Shown: positions 29,779 to 39,109, numbered from the stretch's first letter. The stretch is DNA of 64,000 nt from an uncultured Dehalococcoidia bacterium (GCA_950072105.1 CATMOE010000001.1:128001-192000), one strand, 5' to 3'. The notes: a model not told the origin generated them from the letters alone. A program made the numbers and translations.

Positions 29779-30348
29779 CTAGACTGCCTGCTTGGCTGCG
29801 CTGCCCACCAAGATACGCTCTACATCCGGAGCGATCTCAGCGGCCCGCTGCTTGCACTCTTCATCAGTCAGGCTTGACAACGGATGTTGGGCAACCACGA
29901 ACTCGTAGTCCGGGACGCCCATCATCCGGACCATGGCCTTCGCCGTGGGCAGGAAAACGTGGGTGATGATAGACGCGGTGGGGATGCCCAGGCGCTCCAT
30001 CTCGATACCGTCGTGCACACTGCACGAACTGCAGGACCCTCAATCACCTATCCCGGTGATCAGCACATCCACCTTATCCATAAGTTCTTGGACGACTTCT
30101 GGTTTGGTGGGCAACGAGGCCGAATGCTTGCTAAGCATTATCACGTCTTTAAGGTCGTATTTCTCTTTGAGAATCACGGCCAATTCTTGAAGAACCTTGT
30201 CCGAGTTGGCTTTGTGGTTTTCCAGCAAGCCCAGGGTCTTGCCGCTAAGTTCGCTGGGCCGGTCGTTCAGGTGGAACTCGCCAGAGGAAAGGTCGGTCCC
30301 CCTGGGATTCACCAAACGCATATCCCTAACCGTTACAGTCTCCGCCAT
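29779..30348 (-). CDS. UGSC-family selenoprotein (one gene; Sec codon at 30042-30040)
   Basis: ORFs 30040-30348 and 29779-30018 share a frame and join as TGIGD-TGA-GSCSSCSVHD; hairpin TCGTGC-AGTGT-GCACGA follows. Confidence 0.92.
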
Positions 30349-30447
30349 AGTCCCTCCTTATGTAATGCCGCCGTTGCCCGGGCACATTAATTTGGACTGC
30401 TCATAATCTTACACAGCGGCTCAGATTTTGCAAGGAGATGAGCCTCG

Positions 30448-30645
30448 CTATTCGCTCACATGCTCATAAGAAAAGTGGGGAACATCAGTACGGTCCTTGG
30501 CATGTTCGATAGTCATAGCACAGATATTTCCGTCGCGGTCCAGATCCAAAAGTGTGTTCTCATCCAAATCTCTAGTCTCCGCGATGTCCGCGGGTTTAAA
30601 TTCAATATACAACGTATCTGTTTCTTGGAAATATTTGATTTTCAT
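30448..30645 (-). CDS. DUF2283-like small protein (putative TA component)
   Basis: MKIKY..TDTLYI, LDLDRDGNI.A.TIEHA; ATGA overlap with upstream gene. Confidence 0.8.
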   Translation of the reverse strand: MKIKYFQETDTLYIEFKPADIAETRDLDENTLLDLDRDGNICAMTIEHAKDRTDVPHFSYEHVSE

Positions 30646-30878
30646 AGAGTGAACCTACGATCAAAAAATGCGTTATGAACTGTCTCTCCATCAGCCAAAA
30701 GAACAACCCGGAGGAAACGACCTCCCATTTCTTCAATCGCCGCCCAGCGCCTAATCCGGCCATCCGCCTGTACGACTTCCCTGACCGGGTGCTCTACAAC
30801 TCGTAAGAGCCACTCTGGCCTTATCAATACCCGGTCGGGACGGTCCTGTATTGACAGAAAATACTGGGTGAACTTCAT
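30642..30878 (-). CDS. Small hypothetical protein, putative toxin partner of DUF2283 gene
   Basis: 78 aa, LRVVLLADGETVHNAFFDRRF; translationally coupled to the DUF2283-like gene. Confidence 0.65.
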   Translation of the reverse strand: MKFTQYFLSIQDRPDRVLIRPEWLLRVVEHPVREVVQADGRIRRWAAIEEMGGRFLRVVLLADGETVHNAFFDRRFTL

Positions 30879-30914
30879 CCATGTTGCCCATGTTGCCGGT
30901 TAAACATTGCTAGT

Positions 30915-31955
30915 TCATCCCCCCGGCACATCCACCTTCCGTGTCCGTATCCGGTAGCCGGTGGTGTCGATGATGGCGCTGTTGCGGCCGCCGGTGCCGC
31001 CGCCCATGACTATCCAGATATCGTCGGCTTCCCGGGCACACCGGCGCACCAATTGGTCGTCTCCCGGCTTCTCCGGTCCTTGCGCCACTCCCAGCCGGAT
31101 CAGTTCGCTTAACGGCCGGGTGGCGTTCTCTATCAGATAGTCTTGCATGCCACGGCGGGTCCAACCGTCGTCTTTGAGGGTGATGGCATGCTCCGGGCCG
31201 ATGACCACGACCCACTGGGCCGGGAACCGCCAAGCCAAGCAGGCCGACTTCAGGGTGTCGGCCAAAGAGGCGAGAATGGACTCCCCGGTGTGCCCGTAGG
31301 CGTTGTTGACGGTGATGGGATTGTAGGCCACCGCCACGGTGACGCAGCTATCTTCGGATTGGAAGCCCCGGCTGACGTGGAGGCCGCCCCACGGCGAATC
31401 CTCCTCGTTCTCGGCGATGCATAGCGTATATTTGGCGGGATTGCCCAGGGTCCCCCGGTCCAGCACGCCGGGCCGGGCGTCGAAACCGTTCATGAAGCAG
31501 AGCCGGATGGACCTGCCCAGGCAAGCGTTGGCCCGGAACCCGGGGCCGAAAAGACCATCCTTGGAGTTCATTCCGATCTGTTCCCGGATGGGACCGTTGA
31601 CGATCATCAAGATGGCTGGGGAACTGGTGGAAGCGGAGGCCATGTGGACGAAGTTCTTCTCCTCCTCAAGGGTCCGCAGGGTTGTAACCAGTACCGGAAA
31701 GTATTCGGGCAAGCATCCAGCCATCACCGCGTTGGCGGCGGCGTTCTCGGAGGTAAGCACCCGGTTGCGCATCTCCAGGGACAGCAGTTCCTCTTCCCCG
31801 GTCATGCCCACATATTCCAGCATCTCCCGCACCTTGTATTCGACGGGAGGTACCACCGGCAGGCCGTCGCTCCAACCCAACCGATAGCATTCTTCAATAG
31901 CTTCGATGGTATCGTTGGGTTCGACCTGGCCGGATCTTTCCAAACCTGTAACCAT
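30915..31955 (-). CDS. Uncharacterised protein of the family usually encoded beside UGSC proteins
   Basis: GWSDGLPVVPP, NAVMAGCLPEYFPV, IVNGP, RANA.LGR, AENEEDSPW. Confidence 0.8.
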   Translation of the reverse strand: MVTGLERSGQVEPNDTIEAIEECYRLGWSDGLPVVPPVEYKVREMLEYVGMTGEEELLSLEMRNRVLTSENAAANAVMAGCLPEYFPVLVTTLRTLEEEKNFVHMASASTSSPAILMIVNGPIREQIGMNSKDGLFGPGFRANACLGRSIRLCFMNGFDARPGVLDRGTLGNPAKYTLCIAENEEDSPWGGLHVSRGFQSEDSCVTVAVAYNPITVNNAYGHTGESILASLADTLKSACLAWRFPAQWVVVIGPEHAITLKDDGWTRRGMQDYLIENATRPLSELIRLGVAQGPEKPGDDQLVRRCAREADDIWIVMGGGTGGRNSAIIDTTGYRIRTRKVDVPGG

Positions 31956-32016
31956 GGGTATCCTCCAAATAAAGCTATCAGCTTTTAGCTACCGCTTAGA
32001 TCGACAAGTTGATTAC

Positions 32017-32913
32017 CTAGTTCTCGGGCAGCCGGAGTTGGACGCCCGCTTTCTCTTCTTGTAACCGAGCCACCGCGTCGGAATCTTCCGCGCCCCAACC
32101 CCGGAACATCGCTTCAACGTGGCGCTGGTCTACCATATTGGAAAGCTCCATGGGTATCCCGTACTCCCGGCCTAAATCGGTGGCCAGACGCACGTCCTTG
32201 GCTGCTAGAGCAGTGGCAAAGCCCGGCTCGAAGTTTCCTTTGAACAGGAACCTGGGGAATTTCTCCGTTAGGCGCTTGCTACCGCCTGAACTGTTGGCGA
32301 TGGCATCGGCTAATACCGCCAGGTCCACCCCGGCTTTTACGCCCAAAGTCAGGGCTTCCGCCATAAGGACCCCGATGCCCATGCTGAGCAGGTTGTTGCA
32401 GATCTTACAAACCGACCCGTTGCCGATGGGGCCACAGTAGACCACGTGGGAGCCGATGGCGTCCAGGGTCGGTTTGACCTTGTTGAAGACATCTGCGTCA
32501 CCGCCCACCATCACCGCCAAAGTGGCCGCCGCTGCTCCGTACACCCCGCCACTAACCGGCGCGTCCAACATTGTGACACCCCGGTCCGCACACACTTGGT
32601 GCAGCCGGCGGATCACCGTAGGCGAATTGGTGGAAAGGTCTACGTATATCGATCCTTCAACTGCGCCTTCCAGGATTCCGTTTTCCCCCTGGACCACTGC
32701 CTCCACGTCCCTTGGGACGGGAAGAGAAGTTAGGACCACCTCGTTGCCCGGTACCGCTTCCTTTGGGCTGTCCGCCCACTCCGCGCCCATCTCCAGAAGG
32801 TTGATTGCCGCCTCTCGCCGGAGGTCGTGAACGGTTAGCTGGTGGCCTGCCTTGATAAGATTGGCGGCCATTGGGTTGCCCATGTTCCCGGTCCCGATGA
32901 ACCCTACTTTCAT
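32017..32913 (-). CDS. 3-hydroxyisobutyrate / beta-hydroxyacid dehydrogenase family
   Basis: SD AGGAG, MKVGFIGTGNMG, DAPVSGG, KICNN, KD. Confidence 0.92.
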   Translation of the reverse strand: MKVGFIGTGNMGNPMAANLIKAGHQLTVHDLRREAAINLLEMGAEWADSPKEAVPGNEVVLTSLPVPRDVEAVVQGENGILEGAVEGSIYVDLSTNSPTVIRRLHQVCADRGVTMLDAPVSGGVYGAAAATLAVMVGGDADVFNKVKPTLDAIGSHVVYCGPIGNGSVCKICNNLLSMGIGVLMAEALTLGVKAGVDLAVLADAIANSSGGSKRLTEKFPRFLFKGNFEPGFATALAAKDVRLATDLGREYGIPMELSNMVDQRHVEAMFRGWGAEDSDAVARLQEEKAGVQLRLPEN

Positions 32914-33442
32914 CGCTAGCGCTCCTACTCGTATCTCTGGTACCGGTCGTGTTTCTGGTGCCGGCAGCTCTGGCCGGTGGTTGGGATGGTGGCGGCACTT
33001 CCGGCGCCGGCTGATTGGCCGGCGTAGCAGACTGTAGACCGAACCGGTAGCCGGAGTTCTGGTCGAAGGTCTCCTTGGCCACGCGGAACGCGTTGACCGC
33101 CGCGGGCATGCCGCCGTAGAACACCATCTGGGAAATAATCTCGGAGATCTGCTCACGGGTCACTCCGACGTGGAGCGCCCCTTGGATGTGCCGGGCTAAC
33201 AGATCGGGGCTATGGCCCAGAACCGTCAGAGCGGCGATGGTGCATAGGCTACGGGTTTGAAGATTCACCGCCGGACGGTTGTAGATCTCCCCGTAGATGG
33301 TCTCATCGACCAGTTGCATCACTTCAGGGGCCAGCTCGGCCATCGCCGGAGGCGGGCCCGGATTGCCGTAGCGTCCGTAATAGCGCAGGCGGAAATCCGC
33401 CGCTGCTCGCCGTAGGTCTTTGGGGCTTCGCTCGGTAGTCAC
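32657..33442 (-). CDS. Carboxymuconolactone decarboxylase-family protein; C-terminus suspect
   Basis: YGEIYNRP, RSLCTIAAL, HIQGAL..GVT, YGGMPAA; as read it overlaps the next gene by about 256 nt. Confidence 0.8.
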   Translation of the reverse strand: MTTERSPKDLRRAAADFRLRYYGRYGNPGPPPAMAELAPEVMQLVDETIYGEIYNRPAVNLQTRSLCTIAALTVLGHSPDLLARHIQGALHVGVTREQISEIISQMVFYGGMPAAVNAFRVAKETFDQNSGYRFGLQSATPANQPAPEVPPPSQPPARAAGTRNTTGTRDTSRSASDESRVHRDREHGQPNGRQSYQGRPPANRSRPPARGGNQPSGDGRGVGGQPKGSGTGQRGGPNFSSRPKGRGGSGPGGKRNPGRRS

Positions 33443-33593
33443 AGGTCATCTCTCACAAATACAGGTTTCGGCCGGGAAATTATAACACCACACGAATCAT
33501 GCGGGCTATGAACAGCGAGCCCGGCAAAGTCGGAAGGATCGGATTTGAAACTTGTTAGGCTGGCAGATCCACCGCCCAGCGCCGGGAAAATGG

Positions 33594-33621
33594 GTAGGGG
33601 CGCACGGCCGTGCGCCCCTAC
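33594..33621. repeat. GTAG-type REP-like perfect 28-bp palindrome
   Basis: GTAGGGGCGCACGG|CCGTGCGCCCCTAC. Confidence 0.8.
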
Positions 33622-33647
33622 GTCTGGTTCTTATTTGCTTGCCGTTG

Positions 33648-34517
33648 TTACACAGCCTGCCAGTAGCGGCGGCCCTCTAAGCGGACCACCTTTCCTATAT
33701 GGTCTGCTGGCGAAAAGTGGCCGGCAGCTATCACGTAGCTCTCTTTTTCCGCCATGTCCAGAACTTTCTCGCGGCTCTGACGGCTCAGACCCTTGTCGAT
33801 GTCCACGCCGGCGCACCAATCGGATTCTTGGACCTGGGCCTTGTTGTGCAGGACATCTCCCACAATCATTGCCTTTTCTCCTTGGGAGGAGATCAAGATG
33901 GCCTGGTGGCCGGGGGTGTGTCCCGGCGTGGGCATGGTCGATACTTCGTCGGTGATGTTGTACTCGCCTTCGATCAGATCCATCTTACGCAATCGGCGCA
34001 ACGGCATCACTTGGCGCGAGACCTGAGGCGCTGAATCTATCGTTCCTTCCGCGGTAAAGTGGTCCCAATCGGCCTTGGGGACCAGGTACCTGGCGCGGCG
34101 GAAATAGGGCGCCGGCATACCGCCCGAGTACCGTAGGTTCCATCCTACGTGGTCGCCGTGGAGATGGGTATGCACAACAATGTTGACTTCATCGGACGGG
34201 CCGACGTTGGTGTTGTTCAGCCGGTCGGCGGGTATCAGAACGTCCCTCAGCCGGTCGAATAATTTCCCTTCGGCTCCCCCTAGATGCTCATGGGGTCCGG
34301 GTCCCATACCCGTGTCCACCAGAATAGTCTGACCCTGGGAGCGAATCACCCAAACGCCGTAGTAGAGTTGAAGCTGGCCATTTTCTAGGGCGTCGCCGTG
34401 GGATTCCCAGTCGCTGGCCGATGTCTCAGGGAACATCACCGTTGGGTCCCGGGGCGGCGGGATCATGTCGAGCACCGCCGTGATTTCCACATTACCTACC
34501 TTTATACTGTCCGCCAT
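33648..34517 (-). CDS. MBL-fold metallo-hydrolase (lactonase-like)
   Basis: LVDTGMG, THLHGDHVG, PGHTPGH, GD, GH. Confidence 0.92.
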   Translation of the reverse strand: MADSIKVGNVEITAVLDMIPPPRDPTVMFPETSASDWESHGDALENGQLQLYYGVWVIRSQGQTILVDTGMGPGPHEHLGGAEGKLFDRLRDVLIPADRLNNTNVGPSDEVNIVVHTHLHGDHVGWNLRYSGGMPAPYFRRARYLVPKADWDHFTAEGTIDSAPQVSRQVMPLRRLRKMDLIEGEYNITDEVSTMPTPGHTPGHQAILISSQGEKAMIVGDVLHNKAQVQESDWCAGVDIDKGLSRQSREKVLDMAEKESYVIAAGHFSPADHIGKVVRLEGRRYWQAV

Positions 34518-34568
34518 CGTCCTCTCCTTGATATAACTTTTTAATTAAACGATTCTAATCTTTGTTTT

Positions 34569-35081
34569 CTAGTATTGAATCAACGACTTGACGTTGTACG
34601 CTTCCAGCCCTTTGCGGCCGTTCAAGTCCATCAACTCGATAACTATGCCGACGCCGGCGATGATCCCACCGGACAGTTCCACCAAACGTGCGGCGGCAGC
34701 TAAAGTGCCACCGGTGGCCAACAGATCGTCCAACAGCAATACCCGGTCATTTTGACCGATGCCATCTACGTGGATCTCCATGGTGTTGCTGCCGTATTCG
34801 AGGGCGTATTCGATGGAGTGGGTAGCGGCGGGCAACTTGCCCGGCTTGCGCACCAGGATTATCGGCTTCTTCATTCGGTCGGCCAGGGGTGTTCCGAACA
34901 GAAACCCCCGGGATTCCACCACCGCGATAGAGTCGAAATCCTCGCCCTTGAAAAGGCCTTGAAAGCTGTCGATGGCATGACTGAAGGCCTGGGGATCAGC
35001 CAACAACGGGGTGATGTCCTTGAACAAGATCCCCGGTTTGGGAAAGTCGGGCACGTCTCGAATGTAGTCCTTCAGATCCAA
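34569..35081 (-). CDS. apt: Adenine phosphoribosyltransferase
   Basis: PDFPKPGILFKDIT, ESRGF, RKPGKLP, LEYG, DDLLATGGT. Confidence 0.97.
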   Translation of the reverse strand: MDLKDYIRDVPDFPKPGILFKDITPLLADPQAFSHAIDSFQGLFKGEDFDSIAVVESRGFLFGTPLADRMKKPIILVRKPGKLPAATHSIEYALEYGSNTMEIHVDGIGQNDRVLLLDDLLATGGTLAAAARLVELSGGIIAGVGIVIELMDLNGRKGLEAYNVKSLIQY

Positions 35082-35373
35082 GACCTACGCGCCCCCGTTT
35101 CATTTTTATCCGGATAAGCCTCGCGCCAACCCCACTCAAAGTGTTCGAATCAGAGGTGGCCCGTGCCCCGGTGCAGTGTAGAATAAGCGCCCAATCACGT
35201 CAAGTTGCCGCATCGGCGGATGGAATCCTCGCCAGATCGAACATGTTCGCATAGGCCCCAAAGGCAGCTTCGGGCACCGGGTTGCTGAGCCACGGAAACA
35301 AGGCCACTAGACTCACTCAGCCGGTAGTTACATGCGCGGGGCCACACGGAATCGGCTGCATCGACCGCGGCGA

Positions 35374-35934
35374 TCAGTTCCCTTGCCGGGCCAGCCATGC
35401 GTCGTTGGCCTCGGCAAACGCGCGCATCGCATGCTCCATGTCGTAGGGCTTCTCCTCCAGGGTTTCAGGATCCCACTCGCTGCGGGACTCAGAGAAGAAG
35501 TCTCCTCCGTAGACATGGACGGCTCCAGTGAGCACGTTTCTGGGATTGTGAACCGCGTGGATGACTTCCGGTCCCAGTCCTACCGAATCTTGGATGTCCA
35601 GGGCTTTGAAACCGGCCCGGTCCAACCCTTGAGGGGTGCGGCGGAAGAACGTATTGTCCTCCTGGCCACCATAGATCCCGATCACCGCCCACATGTGGTG
35701 ATCGTGGGGGAAGATCGTCATTCCGGGAGGCCAGATCACGTTGATCACGGTCAAGTCTGAAGAGCGGTGCAGGGTGGTGATCCCGCCGGCCGTCGGAGTC
35801 CCCAGGGAAGATTCCACATCGGCGGACAACGACATCGTCCGCTCCATCAACTCCTTCACCGCCAACTGAGGAGCGTGCTCCTTTATGGCAACCTGGCACG
35901 ACGCGATGAACTCCTCTAGATCGAACATCTTCAC
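35374..35934 (-). CDS. Cupin, cysteine dioxygenase-like
   Basis: PHDH, G.EDN, IHAVHNP, HVYGGDF. Confidence 0.8.
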   Translation of the reverse strand: MKMFDLEEFIASCQVAIKEHAPQLAVKELMERTMSLSADVESSLGTPTAGGITTLHRSSDLTVINVIWPPGMTIFPHDHHMWAVIGIYGGQEDNTFFRRTPQGLDRAGFKALDIQDSVGLGPEVIHAVHNPRNVLTGAVHVYGGDFFSESRSEWDPETLEEKPYDMEHAMRAFAEANDAWLARQGN

Positions 35935-36229
35935 ATTCCCTCTTACTTATCATCGGTGGCATTCATCCAGCCACCGGCCGCGTTTTCATGGACATTATAC
36001 CGATTCGGTGGCGGACCTCCAAGAATCCCTTACCCCATGCCCTTGGCGCTGTGGTCCAAGACAAATAGCGAGCCAAGGGATGACTCCGGCAATCGAGTGG
36101 TATAAGATATCCGGAGACTGAGACTCAGCATATACAGGCTTGGGATTGCCCTCTTGATGCAGTGGGAGTGACAGGATAAACCGGGTGGCGAGCACGCCCA
36201 GGACCATTAAAACAGGAGGTTGTACTGCC

Positions 36230-37216
36230 ATGACAGACGTAAAGACCATCCTGGTGGGAACCGTTGGACAGGGGATACTGCGCAGCGGCGACGGCGGCGA
36301 GACTTGGGGCCGGATCGGTATCGGCGCGGGATTGCACTCCGACGCCTTGGTTCGGACGCTTTTGAACACACCCACTTCTCCGGAGATCGTATTCGCCGGG
36401 ACGGACAAGGGCCTCTACCGCAGCGGTAACGCCGGCAAGACCTGGCAACCGGTCGATTCCTCTTTGAATAGCTACAACGTTTGGGCGCTGGCCGCGGACC
36501 CCGGCGACCCCAATCTGATGTTCGCCGGTACCGGCACGCCCACTCCGGCCGCCCTCTTCCGGTCCTCCGACGCGGGCAAGACCTGGGAGAAACGCCCCAT
36601 GGAAGTCGCCGAAGAGTGCCCCAACGTCGGCGTGCCCAGGGTGACCGGTATCGCCGTGGACCCGGTAACCCGGCGCGACATTTGGGTGGGCCTTGAAGTT
36701 GATGGGCTGCGACACAGCTCCGACGGCGGCGATACCTGGGAGAGCATCAACGGGGCGATCCCCAACCCGGACGTGCACAACGTGGCCGTCGCCGGCGGGC
36801 CGCCCAAGACCGTGGTGGTCGTGGTCAACAACGACGTTTACACCAGCTCCGACGACGGCGCCAATTGGGACCGTCTCGGTATAAAGGAAGTCTTCCCTTA
36901 TACCTACCCTCGGGGAATCATGGTGCAACCGGGACAGCCCAACACCATCTTCGTCACCATCGGAGATTCAACCCCCGGCCGGGTCGGCGCCGTGATGCGG
37001 TCCAAAGACACCGGCAAGACCTGGGAGAGCCTGCCTCTGCCGGTCGAACCCAACACCGCCATGTGGGTAGTCAACATGCAACCTGCCGATCCCCAAGTGG
37101 TTTTCGCCGGCAGCCGTTACGGATACATGTACCGTAGCGAGGACGGCGGCGATTCCTGGACCAAACTTTGGCGGGAGTTCAGTGAAATCTCCAGCGTCCT
37201 CTGGGTGCCGGAATAA
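36230..37216 (+). CDS. BNR/Asp-box repeat beta-propeller protein (YCF48/VPS10-like)
   Basis: Seven SxDxGxTW-type Asp boxes; SD AGGAGG. Confidence 0.88.
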   Translation: MTDVKTILVGTVGQGILRSGDGGETWGRIGIGAGLHSDALVRTLLNTPTSPEIVFAGTDKGLYRSGNAGKTWQPVDSSLNSYNVWALAADPGDPNLMFAGTGTPTPAALFRSSDAGKTWEKRPMEVAEECPNVGVPRVTGIAVDPVTRRDIWVGLEVDGLRHSSDGGDTWESINGAIPNPDVHNVAVAGGPPKTVVVVVNNDVYTSSDDGANWDRLGIKEVFPYTYPRGIMVQPGQPNTIFVTIGDSTPGRVGAVMRSKDTGKTWESLPLPVEPNTAMWVVNMQPADPQVVFAGSRYGYMYRSEDGGDSWTKLWREFSEISSVLWVPE

Positions 37217-37268
37217 CGTCCCTCGCCCCACAGTTCACTACCGTCATTTAAAACCCGGAAGGAACTAG

Positions 37269-37301
37269 CCCCCCTTTCGTAAAGGGGGGTTGGGGGGATT
37301 T
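37269..37301. repeat. Solo copy of the C-run/G-run REP-like palindrome that flanks the DUF559 gene
   Basis: CCCCCCTTT-CGT-AAAGGGGGG-TTGGGGGGATTT. Confidence 0.7.
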
Positions 37302-37308
37302 CCCCACC

Positions 37309-38688
37309 TCACACGATCGGCCACCTTGAAGGAAAGGAAATACCAGTCCTCGCTAGCAATCCCTCCCCCAACTTCTGCACTCTTTGAATCAACTCCCACT
37401 GGTCGACGAACAGGGGTTCGTGGTTCTCAACCACAACCTTACCGTCGATGATCACCGTGTGAACGCTACGTCCGTCGGCGTTGTAAACCAGATTATTAAC
37501 CGGGTTAAAAATGGTCCGCCACTCGGGCCGCTTGGTGTCGAATAGCACCAAGTCCGCTTTTTTGCCGGGTTCGATGGAGCCGATCTCATCTCCCAGTCCC
37601 AGCGCTTCCGCTCCCTTGATGGTAGCCATCTCCAGCGCCGTCTCCGCCGGTATCATCCCCACGTCCTCCCGTCCGTCCTTGTAAAGCACCGCCGCCAAGT
37701 ACATGGACCGCATCGTCTCCACCAGGTTGGAGTTGTTGCCTGCGTCGGTACCCAGGCCAACGGTGACCCCGGCCCGCAGCAGCTCCGGCAGCAAGGCCGT
37801 TCTGGTCATTCCCGCGCCGCCCTTTATCGCCGCCGTGGGGCACATCACCGCTTTGGTACCGGTTCTGGCCATAACATCCACCTCGCCTTGGTCGATGCCC
37901 AAGCAGTGAGCCAATAGGGTACTTGGACCAAGGACTCCGATGTCCTCCAGATATTCGGCGGGCCGCTTGCCATGTTGGCTCAAACTGGCCTCCACCGCCT
38001 GTGGGCTGTTATTAAAGTGCAGCGTGAGACCCGTGCCGTACCGGTCCGCCAATTCCTTGGCGCCACGCAATAACTCCTCGGTGGAGAAAGAGGGGGAGAA
38101 GGGCATGGCCCAGGCTCGCATCCTGCCGTCCAAGCGATTGTCAAAAGACTGGATAGTCTGATCCATCATTGATATAGCCTCGGCGGTAGACGAGACCGGA
38201 AGGTTCAGAGGATTGGGACGGTCCGCCACGTGCCACCCAACGATGATTCGGCAGCCAGACTCCTCATAAGCTTTCATGCAGGTTTCCAGGTGCTTGGTGC
38301 TGCCTGGGTCCAGAAAGCAGGTGGTGCCGTATCTCAGAAGCTCAGTGATCGCCAGGAGGGACGTGTAGTACTCCTCTTCCTCGGTCATCTCCCCTTGCAG
38401 CTTGAACACGTTGGGCAAGTAGCTAGCTCCCAAGTCATCGGGGAATACGCCCCGGGTAGCGTGGGCGTAGCTGATGTGCATGTGCCCGTTGCAAAAGCCG
38501 GGCGTCACCACCATCTCGCTGCCATCGATCACCCGGTCCGCCTTGACCGATTCCAGCTCCGTGGCCTTACCCACCTGGATGATGCGTTGGCCTTCAACGA
38601 TGATGGACCCGTCTTGAATGATCCTCCGTTCCGGGTCCAGGGTCATAATGAAACGGGCGCCATGAATCTTCAGCGTGGTTTCGGCCAT
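37309..38688 (-). CDS. Amidohydrolase family (MTA/SAH deaminase, AtzA-like)
   Basis: PGFCNGHMH, LAHC, LGTD, GSIEPGKKAD. Confidence 0.9.
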   Translation of the reverse strand: MAETTLKIHGARFIMTLDPERRIIQDGSIIVEGQRIIQVGKATELESVKADRVIDGSEMVVTPGFCNGHMHISYAHATRGVFPDDLGASYLPNVFKLQGEMTEEEEYYTSLLAITELLRYGTTCFLDPGSTKHLETCMKAYEESGCRIIVGWHVADRPNPLNLPVSSTAEAISMMDQTIQSFDNRLDGRMRAWAMPFSPSFSTEELLRGAKELADRYGTGLTLHFNNSPQAVEASLSQHGKRPAEYLEDIGVLGPSTLLAHCLGIDQGEVDVMARTGTKAVMCPTAAIKGGAGMTRTALLPELLRAGVTVGLGTDAGNNSNLVETMRSMYLAAVLYKDGREDVGMIPAETALEMATIKGAEALGLGDEIGSIEPGKKADLVLFDTKRPEWRTIFNPVNNLVYNADGRSVHTVIIDGKVVVENHEPLFVDQWELIQRVQKLGEGLLARTGISFPSRWPIV

Positions 38689-38852
38689 AACGTCTAATCC
38701 TCAAAATTGGAGTGCATTTATTTTCAATAGCTCGACGCAAACCGGTTCGCCGGATGTCCGGACCCCAGTTCAATCGTCATGGTAGACCATATATCACACA
38801 TCCAAAACAGGCACAACTGGCCAAGGCCAAAGGGAATCGGCGGCCGCGCACC

Positions 38853-38956
38853 CGTCATTCCGGCGCAGGCCGGAATCCAGGCGCGCCTGCCTTCGCGCTA
38901 GCCGATGTTACTGGAAAGGGTGCGTCTTTGGGTCCTGGCTTTCGCCTGAACAACGG
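38853..38956. repeat. REP-like inverted pair (GTCATTCCGGCGCAGGCCGGAATCCAG family), copy 1
   Basis: 38853-38880 plus a degenerate inverted partner at 38929-38956; near-identical to 63846-63872. Confidence 0.75.
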
Positions 38957-39109
38957 GAGAGCCTCTATCATTATGTGATGCGTTTCCCCGAATTCGAAAA
39001 GATACGGACTCAGAGGCCACCGTATCTTGCCCAAATAAATGGCCGTGGGTATCATGCTTGGTGACCCAGCCGGAAAGCGGCGAGACCGCTGCCGGCATTA
39101 GGAGGCTCC

